A DNA stretch of 64,000 nt from Selaginella moellendorffii (Eukaryota > Plantae > Lycopodiophyta): contig NW_003314361.1 in the NCBI RefSeq assembly GCF_000143415.4, forward strand, positions 310,001-374,000, written 5' to 3'. Positions 55,781 through 64,000 of this stretch are shown here, piece by piece (position 1 is the stretch's first letter; each line of letters starts with the position of its first letter). The position numbers and the translations under genes are program-made. The notes below the pieces were generated by a model. It had not been told where the DNA came from. It saw only the letters and a list, made by a program, of their open reading frames with translations, and did not search any database.

Positions 55781-58700
55781 ATGGCTGGCAACGAGTATGA
55801 AGGAGCCGCGTATGAGGATGGTGCCGAATCCCCTGGAGCCAGGCACGGGGATTATGGCGAGCCAGCACATTACGATGGCCAAGAGAATGGCGGCGATCGC
55901 TATCGTGAGGTAGAGTTTTTTAGTGCAGTGTGCAATCCATACAATTTTTCCTTTGTTCGTCCCTTAGTTTTCCTTCCGCCCAATCTTTCCTTCTCTTTCC
56001 ATTCGTAGAGTTTGAATAGGCATTTTCATGTAGCCTAAGTTGTGGCTTTTCCTCTCTTTTTTTCTTCACTTATTCATTTTTTGTGTCTGTCTGTTTGTTG
56101 CTCTGTTCTCTGTGCGTAGATTCAGGGGCTTATACTCAGTTCTCCATGTAAGATCCACACAGGTTCACCATGCGGTTCATGGGAATTTATCTTGGCATGA
56201 TGCATAAAGTGGATGTTTCTTCTTTTCTTCTTTCTATTAGCTGGACAGACTCACAACTGGTTTTCCTTACAGCGAAAGTCTCGTGAGCGGGAGAAGAGCA
56301 AAGAAAGAGATGACCGGAGGCACCGGGATGATAGAGACCGCAGGAATGACAGGGAGAGGGATTACGACAGGGATCGTGACCGTGAAAGAGACCGTGATGA
56401 ACGCCACAAAACTCGAGATCGCGAAAGGTTTTTGTCTTCATATCAATAATTTTTGTATCTTGCATCTTTTCTGTTTCCTTCCTCAGAAGACGGAGTCGAG
56501 ACCGAGACCGTGAAAGAGAGCGTCGTCACAGGCATCGGTCGCGCTCACGGTCGAAAGGAAGATCTCGAGACCGCTCAAAGTCCCGGTCCCGCTCCCGGTC
56601 TCGTGATCGACGAAGGTATTTCTATAAAATGAGATTAACAACTTATCAATCCTTTTTGTAAAAGTCGTGGCAGCAAAAGAACCAGCGGATTTGACATGGC
56701 TCCTCCAGGTGCCGCTGTCGTTACAGGAACTACACCAGGTTTGCAAGCAACCTTTAATTAGGCTAGCTAAGTAGGCTTGGATGCGTTGTTCATATAGAGT
56801 ATCTCGCATTTCGTGTTCTTTTCCCTATGCATGATGCCGACGTGGGCAATTAGTTCAACTCTCGTTCATATTCTTAGCCTTGACCTTCTATTAATGTTTT
56901 CTTTCTTTTGACGCTCTGGTCTGGTGGTGAAGTGTTGTCTTTGTATTTGTAGGTCAACTTCCAGGGATTACTCAACCTGTTCCCGGGGTGTTTTCCATGT
57001 TTCCTTTCGCGGGCACTCAGGCAAGGCTTCTTTTTGTGGTTCAATTTTGCCGTCTGACAAAACTATCTCCTGCAGTTTGCGGGACTTCCGACGATGCCGG
57101 CACAAGCAATGACTCAGCAGGTTTGCCTTATCTTGAAGTTGTAACGAATGTGCTAAAATATTTTTTTCTCAGGCGACTAGGCATGCACGCCGTGTGTATG
57201 TCGGTGGATTACCTCCCCTGGCAAATGAGCAGGTGATTTTTTCAGTTAGGGGGATTGATATATATTCAAATATGCTTTTTAATTTCGGACAGACTATCGC
57301 GACATTTTTTAGCCAAGTGATGTCTGCTATTGGAGGAAATACGGCTGGCCCTGGTATCAGAATTCTGTCTTTGCGGGCACATTGTGATGTGGAAGTTTTG
57401 GATGCAGGTGACGCTGTTGTGAATGTGTACATTAACCAAGAGAAGAAATTTGCTTTTGTCGAAATGCGAACTGTTGAAGAAGCCAGCAATGCAATGGCTT
57501 TAGATGGTATCATTTTTGAGGTAAATTTGTTTTTTTGTTTTTTTTTGCTGGTAATCTTATTTTTATTCTGTGATTTCCATAGGGGGTCTCGGTCCGTGTA
57601 AGAAGACCAAGTGATTACAACCCTTCGATGGCGGCGACACTTGGTCCCAGTCAACCGAGTCCTCACCTTAACCTTGCAGCAGTCGGACTTACTCCTGGGT
57701 ATGTTTACTTTTTCTATTTAGGATCTTTTTCTAAGAAACTATCTTGATATTCACCAGTGCCGCCGGCGGAGCTGATGGCCCTGATCGCATCTTTGTCGGC
57801 GGACTTCCTTATTACTTGACAGAGGGTCAGATAAAGGAGTTGCTCGAGTCGTTTGGGTAAGTAACCCGTGGATCTTTATCCTATATTTTCTCTAATTGCT
57901 CTGGCTGTTGCAGGCCGCTTCGGGGTTTCGACCTTGTAAAGGATCGCGATACAGGCAACTCGAAGGGATACGGCTTTTGCGTTTACCAGGTACTATAGTG
58001 TATAAACTAGCTCTTATGTGGCAAGCCAAAATTCAGGATCCTGCTGTTACGGATGTAGCCTGCGCTGCTTTAAACGGGCTGAAAATGGGCGACAAAACGT
58101 TGACGGTTCGTCGAGCTACTGCTAGGTGGGATCTACTGTCTGAAATAAGATTTTTTCTAAGCACTTTTAAACAAACGGCATCGTCTAATCCTCTCCTAAC
58201 CTTTTCCGTAGTGTCCACAGTGGCCAGCCCAAGCCAGACCAAGCTAACGTCCTGGCTCAGGCGCAACAACAGATTGCTCTTCAGGTGGATCACTCTATCC
58301 CTCGTCTTTTTGCAGTAACTTTTTTTAATGCCGTGTCTTTCGTGGCAGAAGCTTGCCTTGCAAGGTGCGCCTTACTACAACATGATGATGCCAGGCGTGG
58401 ATAACGGCATGACGATGCCCGAGACCCCTACCAAAGTTGTGTGCTTGAAACAGGTGAATCGCTGCTTTGGCGTAGAATTTGCGTCTTGAACTCCTCCGTC
58501 TTTGCAGGTTGTTTCTCCAGACGAGCTCAAGGAGGATGATGAGTACGAGGAGATCCTCGAGGACATGCGAGAGGAATGTGGAAAATATGGTACGTTCAAG
58601 ACGAGCTGATGTATATGTGTTACCGGCATTGGTTCCAGGTAGCGTGGCCACTTTGGTATTACCTCGGCCTAAATCAGACGGCGAGGAGGTCGCAGGAGTT

Positions 58701-58910
58701 GGGAAGGTACGCAGCTGGCTCGCGTCTAGGGAAAGCTAAGAAGAGCTTGTGCTGTAGGTATTCGTGGAGTACGCTACGATCGAAGAGGCAATCAAGGCCA
58801 AGAACTCGCTGAACGGGCGCAAATTCGGCGGCAACATCGTTGCCGCGGTGTACTTCCCGGAGGACAAGTTCCTCCAGGGGGAGTATAACGTCGAACCGGC
58901 GAGCAGCTAA
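55781..58910 (+). CDS. U2AF65: Splicing factor U2AF large subunit, multi-exon, with 5'UTR intron 55689-55767
   Basis: RD/RS domain, SGFDMAPP, RRVYVGGLPP, FAFVEMRTVEEASNAMALDG, DRIFVGGLPY, GNSKGYGFCVYQ, UHM EILEDMREECGKY..LNGRKFGGN. Confidence 0.96.
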
Positions 58911-59752
58911 GGGAACGAACACCGCCCCGCTCGCTAGGTACCAAAAGCCTCTCTCTCGTTGCCACTTTGTAACATCAAAAGCAGGACAAAGAATCGCAAT
59001 CGCAACGCCGGCGACGACGACGCGACGAAGAAGCACGTTATAAGAAAGTAGTGTGTGAGGAGGAAGTGACGAAATACCTCTCGCAAAAAAGCCCAGAAGC
59101 CGAGTGCTGGGGACATTGATTCTCTGCGAGGATTGCATTTTGTTGGTAGTATGAACTAATAATGTTTGGGTGGATTCGAAAAAAGGCTTGAAATGTGGGA
59201 AACTGTTCGTTTCATCTTCTCTTTTTTGGTGTTTTCTTTTTCCTTTGTGCGTGTGTGTGTAGTGTGTTGTGTGTGTATATATGAAGGGTGTGGAGCTCTC
59301 ATGATCCCTGCTGGGAGCGTGTGGAGATTCGCCACCACCTAAAACACTCGGTGGTTTTGCCTAAAAACCGAGTCATGTGAGTTGTGCTGGCATTGTGGAG
59401 CTTGGAAATTTTTTGGAGTGTTTTGGCCATCTGGAATGCGGAGGAGCACTGAAACTGCTGCTGCCTGCGTGTTGATGCCCCGGTGGTTGCAGTTGATTCA
59501 CGCTTTGTGGATGTTGGGATTCTGTGAAACGCTTTGGTTCTTCGCTTTTCTGATCTTCGGTTTCTCTTTGTTTTTCCTTTTTTCTTTCTTTCCTTGCTGC
59601 TGCTGCCGCTGCTTCTTTCTTCGACTTTGATTTTCTAGCTCTTGTTCCTTCTTGTTTTCTCTTGTGGCGACAACGGAACTAAACACAAACCGGAATTTCC
59701 TCCTCCAGAACAGCGATCACCGGCCGGATTGTCGAACTCTGCGCGCTCGGAG

Positions 59753-60855
59753 ATGGCGGTTAGCATGCAGATCTTGCTGGGGATCTTAGGTACGTTGAAA
59801 GTACAAGGAAAAATAAAACCAAACAAGTTTCGAATGGAACTCGAAGAGATTTTGATTCTGTTGATGGTGGTGTAGGAAACATCACTGCGGTCGCACTCTT
59901 CATCTCGCCAGCGTAAGATCACGAGAAAAAACAAACAAATCTTTCCATCTACCAAAGTTTTATCATGTGGATCGATCTAAACCTTCGTACAGGCCGACCT
60001 TCTGGAGGATCTTGCGGATGAAATCGACGCAGGACTACTCGGGCCTGCCGTATGTGTGCACGCTCTTCAACTGCATGCTGTGGGTCTTCTACGGCATGCC
60101 TTTCGTCAAAACAAACGGGATGCTTATCATCACCATCAACGCCGCCGGATGCGCCATCGAGACGGTCTACCTCCTCATCTATCTCATCTACGCTCCGAAG
60201 CTCGCCAAGGTACGCATACTCACCGATCGAGATCGCAAGTTTGCTCTTCATGGAAAACTTTGGAAGTTTGGAAACTTTGATAGACTTTGGATCATACAGA
60301 TGAAGGTGTTGCGGATGCTTGGGGCCGTGCTGGCTGCGTTTGCCATGGTCGTGGCGCTCACGATGCTCCTGGCGCACACCCATGACGCCCGGACTACGAT
60401 CGTCGGCTCGGTTTGCGTGGTGGTGGCGGTTGCCATGTATGTCTCGCCATTAAGCGTCATGGTGGGTGATTAGCGGAACAGATTTGCAGCTGATTTCTCG
60501 TGTTTGTGACAGAAACTTGTCATCCAAACACGGAGCGTCGAGTACATGCCGTTTCTGCTCTCGCTGTTCGTGCTGATCAACAGCCTCGTGTGGATGTTGT
60601 ATGCAGTGGCCACCAAAGATATATTCATCGGGGTAAGAACTTCCATGCCATATACATCTCTTCCAGCACCTGAATGCTTTCTAGATTCCAAATGGCTTGG
60701 GAGTTTTGGCGGGCGTGGCTCAGCTGCTGCTCTACCTCGTGTATCGAAATGCCAAGCCAGAAGCGGGGAGATCCCCCGATGAGATCGAAGATGGCGTGGG
60801 AATGAAACCTCTGGAAAGCCACCACAACAACAATGCTAATAACGTTAGCAAGTAG
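59753..60855 (+). CDS. SWEET: SWEET sugar transporter, 6 exons
   Basis: GILG|NI..LFISP, PTFWRI..STQDYSGLPY, MYVSPLSVM|KLVIQTRSVEYMPFLLS, IPNGLG..QLLLYLVY. Confidence 0.95.
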
Positions 60856-61908
60856 TGAATCTGCAAATCTAGTCGTAGTCCGAAGAAAAAGAAAGAATTG
60901 CGCAAGCTTAAAAAAGGGTGGTTTTTTAGCCCCAGTGGGTTTCGAGCCCACGACTTTTGAGCTAAGTTCAAATGTGCTTCCACTACACTATGGGGCCAGA
61001 GTTGGAAAATAAGCCGCATTATTTCCATAATATACACATATAAACTTGACCAGCCCAAGTCAATGAAAAGTTGGTGGACTTTGGAAGCTTATGCATGTGG
61101 TACGGACATGGCACCCATGTGTCACCCTGACTAGAATTTGCACTTGGCTGCCGTACCCCAATTCCATATCAAAGTATTTTTCCACTTCTTGACAGAGCCG
61201 TGGCACTTTCCTTTCCCCACACATCCATTCAAGAGCCAAGAAAGAGGAGCTAGTGTCCTTGTTACAAACAATTGATATATGGCCAGCCACCCAGACACTG
61301 ATGTTATATCCCCCACGTGGAATGTGCAAGTTTGCTCTTTAAACAGAGAAAAGGACTTTGCCCTACCACCTTTCCTGTTTCATGCATGGCAAGCCAAGCT
61401 TCTTAATTGCATGCATGGGCAAAGGAAGGGCTCTTCTTTTCAAGGTAGAAAGTTGGCCTAGTTGAGTACGTGCGTTTCTCGTGATCTTAATTTAAATAGC
61501 GATTGAAGGAACAAAGTGGAGGGAGTGGTTTTCTAATCTCAAAACTTAAAGGTTGGAGAATGAATGATAATCGCCACTGCATTGACTTTAAAACTGGATC
61601 ATTTCTTCAAGTGACAAGAGCTCAGTCGTTTTGTAACGGTGGTTTTTTTTTCTGTTATCTGCCTCTTTTTTTCGTACCTAAAGGCATGTTCGCTCTTCCG
61701 GAGGTTTCGAGACGGCCGGATATTCCCCGAAGACTTGTGGCGACGGCAATTTCTTCGGCGAGCGCGTTGGATCTGCAAGGTAACAGAAACACTCCCATTT
61801 TTCCCTGTTTGACTCGAGAGATTTCATTGCCTACCTCGTTCGTGGGTCCAAAAGAATTGGGGGATTTCTCCTCTCGGAGCTGAGAGGCCAGTGAGCGAGC
61901 AGCGGGAG

Positions 61909-64000
61909 ATGGGAATGGAGCGCCAGCAATCGAGCGAAGACGCGGTTGGCAAGAAGAAGAAGAAGGACGTCAAGGATCCGGCTGGCCCCAAAGCGCTGCA
62001 CAAGACGAAGCTCGTCAAAGCCACAGGTAACAACAATGCCGATCAAGTAAGTCACCTGGAGAAGAAAGAAGAAAATGCCAATCCAGCTGAGAACAAGCGG
62101 ACCGATTCTTCTGGTGCTCCAAAATCTCAGGACCCAGCAGCTCAAGGAGCCGAGACTCTGCTGCAAGACATAGAGACTCCTGTTCATCAGAAAAAAATAT
62201 CACGGCAGCAAATGGAAAAGTTACCGACAAAGCAGCCTCCGACAAAAACGAAGACTCCTCCTCCTGAGCAGCTGCAGAAGGTTGTCTCTCCGGTGGAACT
62301 GGAGTCCCAGATTCCAAGTCCGACTCCAAAGCCTCCGGGGAGCCCAGGGAGAGCACTCTACTTGCTCAAGCTGGCCAAATCGAGCCATATATCCGGTGAC
62401 AAGCCGTCGAAAACTCTCGACTACGCTTCCCGAGCTGCCAAGATGTTGGAGGCCAACTCTTCGGATGGAAAGCCGAGCTTGGAGCTGGTGATGAGCTTGC
62501 ACATTGTAGCAGCAGCGCAGTGCAGGATGGGTAAACACTGGGAGGCAGTCGAAGCTCTGGAGAAGACTTTGCAAAGCCTTCCAATGGAGTGGATAGCCGA
62601 AGCAGGGGGGGAGTACTCGCTGGCAGCGTTCGCGGGATATATGCAGCTGGGAGACACTTATACGAAGTTAGGCAAGCAAGTTCAAGCGCTCGAAAGCTAC
62701 CGAAATGCTCTCACCGTTCAGAAGAAGGCGGTTGGAGAAATGGACCCTCAAGTTGGGGAGACATGTCGGTATCTTGCTGAAGCATACCTGCAGGTAAATC
62801 AGGAATTTGCACAAAGAAAACTCGGTACTTACTTACTGTGTGAGATAAACAGGCGATGCAGTTCGAGGATGCCGAAGAACTGTGCCAGCAAATGCTGAAA
62901 ATCCACGCAGAAAAGAGTCCTGCCGGCTCGATGGAAGAAGCAGTAGACAGGAGGTTGATGGCTCTCATCCAAAGTGGCAAAGGCGAGCACGAAGCAGCAC
63001 TGGAGCATTTGGTGTATGCAAGCACGGCAATGAGCTCTCGAGGACAGAGTGCCGCTGTCGCTTCCATAGACGCCAGCATCGGCGATTGCTACGTTGCCTT
63101 GGGCCGATTCGACGAGGCCGTCTTCTCGTACCAAAAAGCTCTAGCGGCATTCAAGCAACTCAACGGAGCGAACCATGCTTCCGTCGCTTCAATGTACGTA
63201 AGCCTGGGGGACCTCTATCTGAAAACCGGGAAGATGAGAGACGCGAAGGTGTACTGCGAAAACGCACTCATGATATACGGGAAACAGGGACATCCGGCAG
63301 ATGAACTAGCAGCTGGTTTGACGGACGTTGCGGCAATTTACGAAGCTTTGAGCGAGAGGGAACAGGCTATGTGCTTGCTGAGAAAGGCGCTGGAAAGCAT
63401 TAAAAACATACCGGGAGAGCCTCGGTCGGCAGCGGGGATTGAAGCACAGATGGGAGTTTTGTACTACATTATGGGCAACTTCTCGGAGTCTCACTCGGCT
63501 TTCAGCAGCGCAGTGGACAAGCTCCGATCTGCAGGTGAAACCAACACGTTAATGCTGGGAGTTTTGCTCAACCAGATGGGACTTGCCTTGTTTGAGCTGG
63601 AGCAAATTCACGAGGCAGTAGCAGTGCTGGAGGAGGCACAGCATGTACTTGCGGAAGCTTGTGGAGTCTACCATCCAGACACCATTGCAGTTTGCAGCAA
63701 TCTTGCCGGTGGATACGACGCTCTTGGAAGGTTGAATTCCTGTCAGATTTATCACCACCAACTTGAACTTGACTGACCTCTCTTTTCTTTTTCTGTTTTC
63801 TTCCAGAGTCGAAGATGCTATTGACTTGCTCCAAGTGGTGCTTCGCTCCCAAGAAGAAAGGCTCGGTACCGTTCATCCCGACGTAGTGGACGAGAGACTC
63901 AGGCTCGAGCAAATGCTCCGAGAGACTGGGAAGCCTTTGGTACGCAAAACGAGCACCCTGGAAGAGCTGTTGATGCGGCCGACTGCACAAAGTAAAAGAT
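61909..64000 (+). CDS. Kinesin light chain-related (KLCR/CMU-type) TPR protein, 3' end beyond window; start codon uncertain
   Basis: LELVMSLHIVAA, FAGYMQLGDTY, DPQVGETCRYLAEA, EEAVDRRLMALI, AGIEAQMGV, GVYHPDTIAVCSNLAGGYDALGR, LGTVHPDV. Introns at 62794-62852 and 63731-63806. Confidence 0.9.

Overview
Compact, intron-rich land-plant nuclear DNA, most likely the lycophyte Selaginella. This is an inference from the 45-65 nt introns, abundant PLS/SS-type PPR genes and a cyanovirin-N homolog. Intact genes: a secreted CVNH lectin, acetylornithine aminotransferase, six PPR genes, an STY/Raf-like kinase, a GPR107-type 7TM protein, GDPD, a CASP-like protein, an alpha/beta hydrolase, DXR, U2AF65, a SWEET transporter and a KLCR TPR protein that runs off the right edge. 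tRNA-Glu(CTC) and tRNA-Cys(GCA) are also present. The ORF track misses a 13-exon, about 428-aa minus-strand gene (40514-42458). Its manually spliced product resembles the fungal RanGTP-binding protein Yrb30 (Pfam Ran-binding) along its length and ends in an NES-like motif. Its leader intron starts 7 nt after the stop of the upstream PPR gene, and eroded pieces of a second copy lie at about 33.2 kb and 36.6 kb. The accessory DNA is a mosaic of local direct and inverted duplications, a promoter micro-inversion and Ty3/gypsy relics (a 175-bp 3' LTR and a nested 744-bp solo LTR with TSD). It also holds gene fragments of GPX, a CBS-domain protein, a 2OG-Fe(II) oxygenase, FtsH and a syntaxin. Family assignments come from motif recognition from memory, not from database searches.
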